In this document: positions 53,719-63,136 of the stretch, in pieces
How positions within the stretch are numbered: position 1 is the first letter of the stretch
Layout: each line of letters opens with the position of its first letter
From: a virus
Taxonomy: Duplodnaviria; Caudoviricetes
Direction: 5' to 3' (one strand)
Virus record (IMG/VR): IMGVR_UViG_641736227_000002
Length of the DNA stretch: 64,000 nt
The notes under the pieces: generated by a model
Told to the model about the DNA's origin: nothing
What the model saw: only the letters and a program-made list of their open reading frames with translations
Database searches by the model: none
Program-made: the position numbers and the translations under genes

Positions 53719-54516
53719 TTAATCCTCCTGTTCCATGATTGGTAATATTCCATCTTTCTTTAAAAGGTCATAAATGAATAAGCGACCCTTTTGTGTCCAA
53801 TAAGTATGAGGCTTGGAATGAGCTGAACCGTCAGAACCACTGTAAGTATGTGTCTTAGTTGATGTAAGTCCCATTTCCGCATATTCCTTATACAAGAGCC
53901 AAATTTTCTTACCTTGCTTAAACTGAATGCCTTTTTCGTGCAAATACTGGTTCATGTGATTTGCTGTCCAACCATAATCTTTTGCAATAACCGAGATTGC
54001 TACTAAATCCTTACAATTAAGAACCACATCGTAATAACTGGCTTTCGGCTTCATTTCTATAATCTGCTGATTCTGAATCGCAACAATCTGCTGCAATGCT
54101 GATTTTTCCTCTCGTTCTTTCTTAAGTTCCATAAGAGCATTAATAAGAACATCCGGATTTGCAAGCACCTCATCAACTGCAAATACTCCGTGTTTTCGGA
54201 TTGCCGGAAGAACTTCTGATGTCACCCAGTGTTTGAACTTCTTAGCATTAGGCATTTTGCTTGAAAGAATCAAACTGTAAAGACCGCTTTCGTTTATAAC
54301 CGTTAATCCTCTATTGGGAATTTCTAAGGTCGTGTTTTCCGACCTTTGGATTACAGTTCTGTCTTCCTCATCTACATGGGTTGAAATTGCGTCCTTGGTA
54401 TTGCTATAGCCGAGAATCTCTGCAATATCACGTCCTACAAAATATGGCTCCCCATTGATTGTTGTTGTGCGGATTGAGCCAAACTCCGCATTCTTAAAAA
54501 TTTGTAATTCGTTCAT
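53719..54516 (-). CDS. BRO-N / KilAC antirepressor
   Basis: INESGLYSLI, WVTSEVLPAIRK, WTQKGRLFIY. Confidence 0.92.
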   Translation of the reverse strand: MNELQIFKNAEFGSIRTTTINGEPYFVGRDIAEILGYSNTKDAISTHVDEEDRTVIQRSENTTLEIPNRGLTVINESGLYSLILSSKMPNAKKFKHWVTSEVLPAIRKHGVFAVDEVLANPDVLINALMELKKEREEKSALQQIVAIQNQQIIEMKPKASYYDVVLNCKDLVAISVIAKDYGWTANHMNQYLHEKGIQFKQGKKIWLLYKEYAEMGLTSTKTHTYSGSDGSAHSKPHTYWTQKGRLFIYDLLKKDGILPIMEQED

Positions 54517-54556
54517 ATGAATTACCTCCTGTTAGATATTCGAGGTGTATCCCTCT

Positions 54557-54592
54557 AAGTAACAGGCAAAGAAAAAGGGCGAGATTTTAACT
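54557..54592 (-). promoter_or_regulatory. Motif I copy 2
   Basis: AAGTAACAGGCAAAG-N13-TTTTAACT on the + strand. Confidence 0.8.
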
Positions 54593-54607
54593 TCGCCCAG
54601 AAAAAAA

Positions 54608-56599
54608 TTAATCTTTTTTATAAAATTCTGTTTCGTACCCATCAGCACGAAGTAAAATGCCCTCAATCCAAGGTGGTGTTCTACCCATCTGTTCACAGAT
54701 AACATCTAATGACACGCTTTTACTGCACTCAATAATCAATTCATCATGGACATGACCGCAGATAAAGCAATGTGATAATGTTCTGATAGCATACATCAAA
54801 ATATCACGGCTGATTGCTTGTACGATATTTTCAACAAACTTAGGTCCGTAGCTTTCAATTCGCTCCCATTTCTTTGTACCTCCGACTCCTTCATAAGTAA
54901 CAGATTCAGAACCGAATTGATTAATTCCCATTTTAGGTTTTACATATGAAAGGCATCTGCCGCTGGGAAGTCCAATGAATAGCATTCCACTTTTGTATGA
55001 AAATGTGATAGAACCAATGCTTGATGGTTCTCTTTGCTTTACTGCTTTTTTAACGGCTCTGTCAACATCCCACCACAACTTTACGATATTGGGGTTTGCC
55101 TCACGCCACATATCTACAAGCGGTTTTAATTCATCCTCTTCAAGTCCCATATCCAGAGCCCCCATTGACTTTAAGGCTCCAACAGATCCGCCATAACCAA
55201 GTGCAAGTTCTGCAATTTTTCCTTTTTGCCTTAAGTGACCGTTCACACCATGCTTTTCAACCGGTACCTTAAACATCTGGCTTGCCGATGCACAGTAAAT
55301 ATCACCGCCACTAGCAAAGACATCTGTTCTCCATTTTTCTCCTGCAAGGTGTGAAAGAACTCTTGCTTCAATTGCAGAAAAGTCCGATACAATAAATTCC
55401 ATCCCTTTTCGCGGCACAAAAGCAGTACGAATAAGCTGTGATAATGTATCCGGAACATCGTCATAAAGCATATTCATTGCCTCGTAATTTCCCTGTTTAA
55501 CAAGAGAACGAGCCTCTTCTAAATCAGACATATGGTTTTGAGGCAGATTTTGTAACTGAATGAGCCTTCCGGCCCATCTTCCACTTCTATTTGCACCATA
55601 AAACATAAACATTCCTCTTGCTCTCCCGTCAGAACACACTGCATTTGCCATAGCTTGATATTTCTTGACGGATGATTTTGCAAGCTGCTGACGAAGTGTT
55701 AATACAGTCTTTAATGGTTCCGGTGCAGTATTTAATACTGCTGCCACTTCCTTTTTGCCAAGGCTGTCCATTTCCAAGCCGTTACAGCTGAGCCACTGTT
55801 TCATCTGCTGTACCGAGTTTGGATTTTCAAGACCGGTCATTTCCTGCATTTTATCCGCCAGAACGGCCTTTGATTTTTCGTCAAAAGCGATTGCGTTCGT
55901 TACTACATCCATATCAAGTGTAATGCCTCGGTCATTGATTTCTTGGTCAAGGTGATATTCTTCCCAAACAAAATTTGGAACAGGGAAGTGACGTAGTTTG
56001 TCTTGGATGGACATCTCCACCTCTACGTCTCGCTTGTTATATTTCTTAAACATCTCCCACTTAATCATATCGTGCTGCGGTAGATTTCTGGTTCTTCCGC
56101 CATTGACCTTAGTAGGTTTACATGGAACACAGAAGTATCTGATGAGTTCTTTGCCCTCTGTCAGTTTTTGTTCCTCAAGTCCTAAAACAGCACCCGCTCC
56201 TGCAAGTAACAAAGGAAGTCCCATATATGCAGACCACACCATAGAACATTTCCATGATGATGGATCAAGATAATTACCAACCGAATCTTCTGGGATGCTG
56301 TAGCTTACAAACTTTTTAGGATAAAAGCGTCTGAGGTATTCTGACAAACACACCCTCTCGAAATTAGCATTAAATGCCCATTTTGTTATATTCTCATCGG
56401 TCAATGCCATTATGATTTCCATAGGTATTTTTTCACCTTGTTTCAAATCTACAACACTAACCTCACCACCGTCCACGGAATATCCGAATAATAATATTTC
56501 AAAGCTGTCAGACTGAACATATTTATATACGCCACACTTCTGTAAATCCACATCCGAATAAGTTTCTATATCAATTGATATTGTCTTAATTTGACTCAT
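54608..56599 (-). CDS. Phage DNA polymerase, family A
   Basis: DIET exonuclease motif, DFSAIEAR, RQKGK..LALGYG, HVHDE. Confidence 0.93.
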   Translation of the reverse strand: MSQIKTISIDIETYSDVDLQKCGVYKYVQSDSFEILLFGYSVDGGEVSVVDLKQGEKIPMEIIMALTDENITKWAFNANFERVCLSEYLRRFYPKKFVSYSIPEDSVGNYLDPSSWKCSMVWSAYMGLPLLLAGAGAVLGLEEQKLTEGKELIRYFCVPCKPTKVNGGRTRNLPQHDMIKWEMFKKYNKRDVEVEMSIQDKLRHFPVPNFVWEEYHLDQEINDRGITLDMDVVTNAIAFDEKSKAVLADKMQEMTGLENPNSVQQMKQWLSCNGLEMDSLGKKEVAAVLNTAPEPLKTVLTLRQQLAKSSVKKYQAMANAVCSDGRARGMFMFYGANRSGRWAGRLIQLQNLPQNHMSDLEEARSLVKQGNYEAMNMLYDDVPDTLSQLIRTAFVPRKGMEFIVSDFSAIEARVLSHLAGEKWRTDVFASGGDIYCASASQMFKVPVEKHGVNGHLRQKGKIAELALGYGGSVGALKSMGALDMGLEEDELKPLVDMWREANPNIVKLWWDVDRAVKKAVKQREPSSIGSITFSYKSGMLFIGLPSGRCLSYVKPKMGINQFGSESVTYEGVGGTKKWERIESYGPKFVENIVQAISRDILMYAIRTLSHCFICGHVHDELIIECSKSVSLDVICEQMGRTPPWIEGILLRADGYETEFYKKD

Positions 56600-56658
56600 A
56601 ATATTCCTCCATAGCAGACAAAGGCGGCAAAGGAATTCTCTGCCGCCACGTCAATGTG

Positions 56659-56841
56659 TTACTTCAAGTTCTTCATTCGTTCCTCGTGGTATTCACGGTT
56701 TCTTGCATCTCTTTCCAGTTCACGCTTTTCACGTCTTTTGTCATAGATGAAACCTTGAATGGTTGAAATAAGCATCGAAATACCAAAACAACCCCAAATC
56801 ACCACCAACAATGTCATAAAAATCCATTCACTTGTTGTCAT
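56659..56841 (-). CDS. Small single-TM membrane protein
   Basis: Hydrophobic N-terminus, charged tail, AAGGA RBS. Confidence 0.7.
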   Translation of the reverse strand: MTTSEWIFMTLLVVIWGCFGISMLISTIQGFIYDKRREKRELERDARNREYHEERMKNLK

Positions 56842-56862
56842 AACTTGTCACCGTTCCTTTCC

Positions 56863-57426
56863 TTAAGCCAAGAAATCATCATCGTCTTCAGTTGCAAAAT
56901 CGTCCTCTGCTCTAGACTTGCCGCCAAGAGGTTCTCCGTCCTTAATCTTCTGAAGATTGTTAAGCCCGCAGGCGATACCCTTATTGCCATTGGAATTGAA
57001 TGCGTAAAGATTGATAGATGCTCTGCCGTATACACCGCTGTAAACCTCACTACGATCAATGATGGTATTTCTGTCTGCATCTACAATGCCCGGTGCTGTT
57101 GCAGAATTTGCATTGATAAAGTAGCTATTTGCATATGTCTCATCATCCGGACGCTCCAAATCTCCGTCACGAAGAGGAGTCTTAAGTACTGAAAGTGCCG
57201 GTACTGTCTTGCCGTTTCCTTTTAATTTCGATTGACCTTCCTCATATGCAGCCTGAATTGCTTTCTTGATTTTCTCCACGGTTACCTTATCTGACTTCGG
57301 AATGATAAGGCTGACACTGTACTTCGGTGTACTGCCATTAATTGATTTAGGTTCCCACACATTTGCATAACTCCATCTTGTGTTAGGTCCTGTTATTACT
57401 TTCATTGGATTATTAAACTTTGCCAT
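56863..57426 (-). CDS. DUF2815 single-stranded DNA-binding protein
   Basis: PLRDGD, YSGVY, GLNNLQK, acidic C-terminal tail. Confidence 0.88.
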   Translation of the reverse strand: MAKFNNPMKVITGPNTRWSYANVWEPKSINGSTPKYSVSLIIPKSDKVTVEKIKKAIQAAYEEGQSKLKGNGKTVPALSVLKTPLRDGDLERPDDETYANSYFINANSATAPGIVDADRNTIIDRSEVYSGVYGRASINLYAFNSNGNKGIACGLNNLQKIKDGEPLGGKSRAEDDFATEDDDDFLA

Positions 57427-57440
57427 AATATAAATTCCTC

Positions 57441-58562
57441 CTAATTTTCACTAAAATCGTCTTTTGCTGTATTCATTTCTGGACGCTTGTCACTCTCCGG
57501 AACGAGTGTTGGTTTGCCCTGTGGCTTATAAACCAAATTGCCTAAAAGTTCATTGAACTTTGTCTTGCCGAGAAGAGAAGTCATTGCTGTAATCCCTAAC
57601 AGCCTTTGTTCATATGGATTGTGTCCTGCCTTTGTTACAGTTTCTGCCACTTTCTCTTCATCGGTGTATTTGCGGTTGGAACGTCCCTCGACTATTTTGA
57701 AGCCATCGTAGTGTGTTCCGTTCATTGCCTGTGCAAGAGCATATTCTTTAATATCTGTTACCCATGCAACAAGCTCATCTGCCTTTTCCAAAATGACTGA
57801 GATTTCTGTGTCATCTAAAGTGGATGGCATCTCAAAGTCATATTTTGCAAGTTCCATGTTGTACTCAGCACGCTTTCTGCAGGTTGCTTTGGCCTTACAG
57901 AACTGACAGTGATTTCCTGCTTTAAATTCACCTTCGCCCTTAAATGCAAGTTGTGCGGTCGGAGCAAGAATGGTATCTGCCCAGGAATATAAATCTTCTT
58001 TCTTCATAACGAAGGTACTCACATTTTCCCTGCGCGGCTGAAAGATTGTCATGGATACTTCCGTGATGTCATAAATTCCATCAAAGAGATTCAAAGTACC
58101 AAGTGCATAGCACATCATCTGTGGGTTGTTTTGTGCTGAAACTTCCACACCCTTTCCGTGCTTATAATCAATCACATACAGAGTACCGTCACCGATAATG
58201 ACACAGTCACCGGTTCCGAACCCCTCTGGAACATACTTGGAAAAATCAAGTTTCTGTTCTATCAGCACCACCGGATCTTTGCAGATTTTCTTTGCATCTT
58301 CTACTACAGAGGAACAATACTGTGCATATTCTTCAGCACACTGTTCCATCTCTTCATCGTAGTAAGTAAGGTTGTTTGTCGGATTTCTGCTTTTCATACC
58401 GATTGCTTTTTTCAGCTTATGTTCGCAAAGCGTATGGGCATCGGTACCCTGCAGTGCATACTCGCTTGCCGGATCTTCCTTATCTGCACAAAGCCTTGCT
58501 GAAGGCGGACAGTTTAACCACCTGTGGCTTGCTGATGCAGAAAGTATTGCGTGTGCCGCCAT
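57441..58562 (-). CDS. DUF2800 Cas4-like PD-(D/E)xK nuclease
   Basis: SAS..RWLNCP, GFGTGD, IDYKHG, QMMCYALG, CQFC. Confidence 0.88.
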   Translation of the reverse strand: MAAHAILSASASHRWLNCPPSARLCADKEDPASEYALQGTDAHTLCEHKLKKAIGMKSRNPTNNLTYYDEEMEQCAEEYAQYCSSVVEDAKKICKDPVVLIEQKLDFSKYVPEGFGTGDCVIIGDGTLYVIDYKHGKGVEVSAQNNPQMMCYALGTLNLFDGIYDITEVSMTIFQPRRENVSTFVMKKEDLYSWADTILAPTAQLAFKGEGEFKAGNHCQFCKAKATCRKRAEYNMELAKYDFEMPSTLDDTEISVILEKADELVAWVTDIKEYALAQAMNGTHYDGFKIVEGRSNRKYTDEEKVAETVTKAGHNPYEQRLLGITAMTSLLGKTKFNELLGNLVYKPQGKPTLVPESDKRPEMNTAKDDFSEN

Positions 58563-58882
58563 CAGATCATCTCCACCTTTTTAAGTAATTCTTCGTACTG
58601 TGAAGGGTCAATCGCAGATAGCTTATCTGCACCAAAGCTAGAAATAACCGCTTTTACTTCCTCCGTATGTCCATCTCTTGACCTACGAGCGAGTACTGCT
58701 CTAACTTCTTCTAATGTCAGTGGTCTTTTCTCTGCTGATTCCGGCTTAGGTTCATCTTTTATTGGCTTTTCTATATCTGCTGCCGAGAACATCTCAGTCA
58801 GTGTTTCTGAAATACCAATAAGAATTTCACCACATTTTTTAAGTTCTGTTACCTGTTCAGCTAACTCTTTCATTTTTCCCAT
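58562..58882 (-). CDS. Conserved phage protein of the replication module
   Basis: LEEVRAVLA..GADKLSAIDP. Confidence 0.8.
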   Translation of the reverse strand: MGKMKELAEQVTELKKCGEILIGISETLTEMFSAADIEKPIKDEPKPESAEKRPLTLEEVRAVLARRSRDGHTEEVKAVISSFGADKLSAIDPSQYEELLKKVEMI

Positions 58883-59084
58883 TAGACTTACCTCCTTCCT
58901 TGATTTCTCTTACATCCACGGATTCAACCGTCTGTCCGGGAGCAAGCAAATATACCTGTGTGAAGTCACCGAATAAGAATCTTGCAATTCTTGACGGCAA
59001 TCGCATATCCGCTGCTCTGAGGACGTTGGCTTTCTTACCGTTGGAGTCTGAAACATTGATTGTGATTTTGTGTTTCAATGCCAT
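58857..59084 (-). CDS. Hypothetical protein
   Basis: MALKHKITINV..PGQTV; RBS present; follows motif I. Confidence 0.75.
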   Translation of the reverse strand: MALKHKITINVSDSNGKKANVLRAADMRLPSRIARFLFGDFTQVYLLAPGQTVESVDVREIKEGGKSNGKNERVS

Positions 59085-59121
59085 ATCTGCACCATCCTTT
59101 CTGTAAGGCGTTCTCCCTTAC

Positions 59122-59157
59122 AAGTAACAGGCAAAGGAAAATAACGCTTTTTTAACT
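59122..59157 (-). promoter_or_regulatory. Motif I copy 3
   Basis: Lies immediately downstream of the sigma-like gene. Confidence 0.8.
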
Positions 59158-59173
59158 TTTACCGAAAAATTTT

Positions 59174-59788
59174 TTAAAAGTTTTTTCGGATGAACTCAAT
59201 GGCTCTGTCATATGTCTGTTTAATATTGGCCGGAGATGTCCCTTTTTCCTTAGCAACATCAGTAAATGACATTTCTTCAAACCACACCTTTTGAACAACA
59301 TCTCTTTGTTTCGGTGTCAGCTGACTGATAAGTTCTCGAACACGCAATGTTTCTGGACTTTCTTCCTTTTCTTCTATAGTTGTCGCTACCTCTAATAAGA
59401 TTTTGCTTTTACTCATATCTGTATCCGATTCATCATCACCAAACCGATAATCAAGTGAAAGATTGTAATTGCTCGGAAATGCCTCTTTGACTGCTGCCTT
59501 AACTTCATCATCGCATGGTGCATATCCACGATAGGCTGTTTCTTTTTTTATGTACTCTTCTGTCCAAGCCTTAATAGTTGCTTTTTCTTCTGCAGTTCTT
59601 TCCGGTCTAAGATTTTTGAGATTGTAGTAAACCTCGCTGTCATCTAAGGAATGAAGCATTTTAATATCTGCCTCTGTTATTCCGTTTTCACCGGGACGAA
59701 GTGTCACCTTTTCTTCGTTTCCATCTACGTTTGTAAATGTGTAAGTGTAAGTTCCTCTTTTTGTGGTATTTGTCTTAAAAATTTTCAT
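59174..59788 (-). CDS. Phage sigma-70-like factor (region 4 HTH)
   Basis: LTPKQRDVV..EEMSFTDVAKEKGTS; GGAGG RBS before ATG 59788. Confidence 0.8.
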   Translation of the reverse strand: MKIFKTNTTKRGTYTYTFTNVDGNEEKVTLRPGENGITEADIKMLHSLDDSEVYYNLKNLRPERTAEEKATIKAWTEEYIKKETAYRGYAPCDDEVKAAVKEAFPSNYNLSLDYRFGDDESDTDMSKSKILLEVATTIEEKEESPETLRVRELISQLTPKQRDVVQKVWFEEMSFTDVAKEKGTSPANIKQTYDRAIEFIRKNF

Positions 59789-59789
59789 A

Positions 59790-59975
59790 AATTGCCTCCT
59801 AACTCGGAAGGCAATCATGACAAGATATAAAAATAGGTCTGTTGTAGAGATACACACAGACCCGTTAAGCCTAAAAAGAGCGCAACAAAGTAAGGGTATC
59901 TCTGCACGGCTCGTCCACTGTCTTTATCACAGTGAATCGAAACCTATGAGATATCCTGTCTGATTGCGCACTCCG
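59790..59975 (-). promoter_or_regulatory. Structured RNA leader / attenuator upstream of the sigma gene
   Basis: Nested stems, a terminator-like hairpin and an RBS-sequestering hairpin (see findings). Confidence 0.6.
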
Positions 59976-60189
59976 ACACGATTTTCTATTTCTTATTTGT
60001 GGGGTTCTCCCCTAAAGGGAAGACTTTAATTTGTAGTCTTATACAAAGAAGCCTTTAATTTCGAACCGTATGGTTCAAGATTGGTTGTCCAAATCATATT
60101 CCTCTACTTAGTAGCCACGAAAAAACGTAAAAAGGACGTCCTCGTTATATATAACGATTGTGATAATTAAAAAAGATTGGGCAGTATTC

Positions 60190-60384
60190 CTATCGAAGAT
60201 CGGCTTCGATTGCGTAAAGCTCCGAAAATACATCTGGCAGGTAGGTTGGGTTTAAGTCATAAACGCTATTAGCCCCATATTTCTCAAACACAGACTCAGC
60301 TACTCGACTATCAAGTTCAGAGCTAATAACAGAAACTGACTGCATGATGCTTGCAATGTAATCGGAATCACGGATATTTGCCAT
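60190..60384 (-). CDS. Small hypothetical protein
   Basis: GAGGTG RBS before MANIRD; VFEKYGA..DL.P..VFSELYAI. Confidence 0.7.
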   Translation of the reverse strand: MANIRDSDYIASIMQSVSVISSELDSRVAESVFEKYGANSVYDLNPTYLPDVFSELYAIEADLR

Positions 60385-60612
60385 TGAAATCACCTCGTTT
60401 TTGTTTTGCTTATGCCCTTATTTTAGTCATTTCATATAAGTAAGTAAATTTCTAACATTATCACTTACTTTTGAGGGTTTACACTTGTATTTCTGCAAAT
60501 AAGATATATAATAGTAAGTAGTAAAAACTATATTTCAATTATTTTTCACTTACTATTACACATAAAAAAGCTCCCCCTTTATGCAGGAGAGCTTAATTAA
60601 GGAGCATATTAT

Positions 60613-61818
60613 ATGATAGATGCTGAAAATTTTTTTAATTTAGGAACAGATTATTTTTCATTTATTGGACAAAAATGTCATTTTGAGATCCAAAAAAATG
60701 ACAATCCACATTTCGTTTCAAAAAATATTCTTACCGTCGTCTCTGATAGTGATGAACAACTATTTTTTTCCTTTAGCGGAAACGATGGGCTATGTTTAAC
60801 TACTGAATTTGGATCAATCATTCATAAAAATATATTAGGAAAATTTCTATCATTACCCTCAAACAATGCAAAAGCCTTATTGGAGTTTTTTGAAAACTAC
60901 GGCTACTTTTTCAAAATGCCACCTAATGAAACTAATATTGTAGATTTTAGCCATCTTATACAAGTAACCTACCACATCAAAGCTGCATTATTACTCATGA
61001 ATGAATTACAAAATGTCACAATCAATTATGATGAGATCCTTCGTTTAACCCTATTTTTATTACTAGCACCACCAATAGAAATGAAAATTACTGAAAAACA
61101 AACATATACCGGATATCATGATTCTGTATTTAAAACTTTAGATTCTGTAATTACAATAAATGATAGTTCTGACTATATCACAATAGATAATGAAGATTAT
61201 TATAGTATTCCGGACATCATATATGGGAAATCGTTTAACTTGCGTGTTGATGAATATGAAGACATTTCAACTGGAGAAAAATTTATGTATTCTTATCCAG
61301 GCATTGATGACTCAAGATACAGGAAGATTACAGTAGCCTATAAGAATTGCCATCATGTATCCAAAATTCAAAGGTTGCTAATTGATTTTCTTTTTCATTT
61401 TATGAATTCTAATGGGGTTATTAAGAATGTCTCATTTGATTTGGGCATAGAATTCTATGGAACATCAAATTTAGATCTTGATGATAAAATGAAAAAAGCA
61501 CTGTTAATTATTGCTAAACATGTGCTGTCACAAGAAATCAATCACCATGTTTCTCGAATGAAACCAATATATAATCCAGTAACATTAGAACCTTCATGGA
61601 AGGCTCCTAATCTCTTGACTGCTTTATATTTTTCTCTCTTCTACATGAAACCAAAATCGGAAATATATAGAAAATGTGCAAACCCTTCTTGCACCAATTT
61701 CTTCCTTGTCAAAACATCAAATAGCAGAAAAAAGTATTGCTGTGATGCTTGTAGGAATGCAAGTAATCAGCGAGACTATCGCTCTAGACAAAAAAAAATA
61801 ACCAAGGCAGGCGGATAA
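60613..61818 (+). CDS. CGNR zinc-finger domain protein, putative regulator
   Basis: C-terminal CANPSC..F..RKKYCCDACRN; AAGGAG RBS. Confidence 0.75.
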   Translation: MIDAENFFNLGTDYFSFIGQKCHFEIQKNDNPHFVSKNILTVVSDSDEQLFFSFSGNDGLCLTTEFGSIIHKNILGKFLSLPSNNAKALLEFFENYGYFFKMPPNETNIVDFSHLIQVTYHIKAALLLMNELQNVTINYDEILRLTLFLLLAPPIEMKITEKQTYTGYHDSVFKTLDSVITINDSSDYITIDNEDYYSIPDIIYGKSFNLRVDEYEDISTGEKFMYSYPGIDDSRYRKITVAYKNCHHVSKIQRLLIDFLFHFMNSNGVIKNVSFDLGIEFYGTSNLDLDDKMKKALLIIAKHVLSQEINHHVSRMKPIYNPVTLEPSWKAPNLLTALYFSLFYMKPKSEIYRKCANPSCTNFFLVKTSNSRKKYCCDACRNASNQRDYRSRQKKITKAGG

Positions 61819-61836
61819 TTCCACTTGTCTTGGTTT
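61800..61836. terminator. Hairpin between convergent genes
   Basis: AACCAAGGCAGG..CTTGTCTTGGTT. Confidence 0.6.
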
Positions 61837-61841
61837 CTAGA

Positions 61842-63116
61842 TTAATCTACCTCTGGCAAAGAACCATTATTTTTAGCCAACTCTTCATCTATGACCTTGG
61901 CCAATTTTCTAATTTTGCTTTTATGCGACCCCGTATAATTATTCATTAAAAATCGTATATCAATAACAACACCTTGAACATGCTCATATAATTTAGCATC
62001 ATTTTTCCATTCACCTGTTGCTTCACCGATATTCAAGAAATAATCATCAGATACATTAAAAGGATTCTCGCCTCTATTAAATGGCATTAAAAAAGCATTG
62101 TATATAGGCAAATCTCCATACTTGGTTTTAAGTTCTTGGCAATTATCAATGTATTCGCCATATGTAATTTGCTTATTTATTGATGACGATTCTGGAAGAT
62201 GCCTTGGCTCACCAGTCACACCATATCTATAATACTTTGCATCAAGAACATAAATTTTATCATCACATATCATGATACTATCCGGCTCTAATGCGTGATT
62301 GTCTTTATTTGCATTAAATTTGAGATTCCATTTGGTTCTTGGGAAGAATTCTTCTTTTCCCCGGATTCCAAAAACTTCATCTATGAGTTTTTCCCAGACA
62401 TACTCAAATCTATCTGTTCCAAAATAATACTGTTTATTATCATTCTCTGTATCTAAGTATTCCAGCATCTGAATCATCGCTTGAAATAACAACTTATCCT
62501 TGTCGTTATGAGTAACGCTAAGTTTTTTTCTCAAAGCAAATAAAAAGCGTTCTGATTCTAATGTAATATGAGGATCTGGAGGAAGATGCGGTGTAAACAA
62601 CCACCCCAATGTACTAAAAGCCTCATATACGCAGTACTTATGGATTTGAGTAATCAGATTTTTCTCATTTGGACTGGAGCCCTTTACAGTATATCTATCA
62701 AAGAAAGGCGAGCCATCTTCTTGAAAAAACTTCACATTTTTTCTAAGAGATGCAGGAAAATCTATTTTCCCTCGGTCAGCAGTTTTCCTTACCTGTTCTC
62801 TCTCCTTGTAGTAATCACTCTGTTCCAAAAAGTATCGGATAATATTCATATATGCATTTACAGGAAAGTTTACAGACTGTGGTGCTGCAAACTCATCCAT
62901 AGCTAAAAGTCTATCTTTCGAATCATTAAAAGTAGATATTACCTCTATAAGTTTTAGAATATCTTCTCTTATATCTTCTTCACTATCTGGCAAACGATAA
63001 CCCATTGGGAAGAAAACCATAGCATTATTTGTGTCAGCTTTTACTCCAACAAAGCGGTCGCCATCACCATTTTTATTAACATGACATCTGACTTTCAAAT
63101 TCAATCCTAAGTCCAT
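61842..63116 (-). CDS. LlaJI-family (McrC-like) restriction endonuclease subunit
   Basis: FVG, FPMGY, FEYVWEKLID, EPD..VLDAKYY, INKQITY. Confidence 0.85.
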   Translation of the reverse strand: MDLGLNLKVRCHVNKNGDGDRFVGVKADTNNAMVFFPMGYRLPDSEEDIREDILKLIEVISTFNDSKDRLLAMDEFAAPQSVNFPVNAYMNIIRYFLEQSDYYKEREQVRKTADRGKIDFPASLRKNVKFFQEDGSPFFDRYTVKGSSPNEKNLITQIHKYCVYEAFSTLGWLFTPHLPPDPHITLESERFLFALRKKLSVTHNDKDKLLFQAMIQMLEYLDTENDNKQYYFGTDRFEYVWEKLIDEVFGIRGKEEFFPRTKWNLKFNANKDNHALEPDSIMICDDKIYVLDAKYYRYGVTGEPRHLPESSSINKQITYGEYIDNCQELKTKYGDLPIYNAFLMPFNRGENPFNVSDDYFLNIGEATGEWKNDAKLYEHVQGVVIDIRFLMNNYTGSHKSKIRKLAKVIDEELAKNNGSLPEVD

Positions 63117-63136
63117 CGGTTTTCCTCCTTTCGTAA

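Noticed and set aside
57441-58562. Cas4-like gene as evidence of a CRISPR-Cas locus
   Set aside because: It is the DUF2800 nuclease normal to this phage replication module; no cas1/cas2 or array is present.
60100-60142. Possible relic phage-sigma promoter of another specificity (CTCTACTTAGTAGCCACG..AAAGGAC)
   Set aside because: Single copy with only a loose architectural likeness to motif I; cannot be supported without comparative data.
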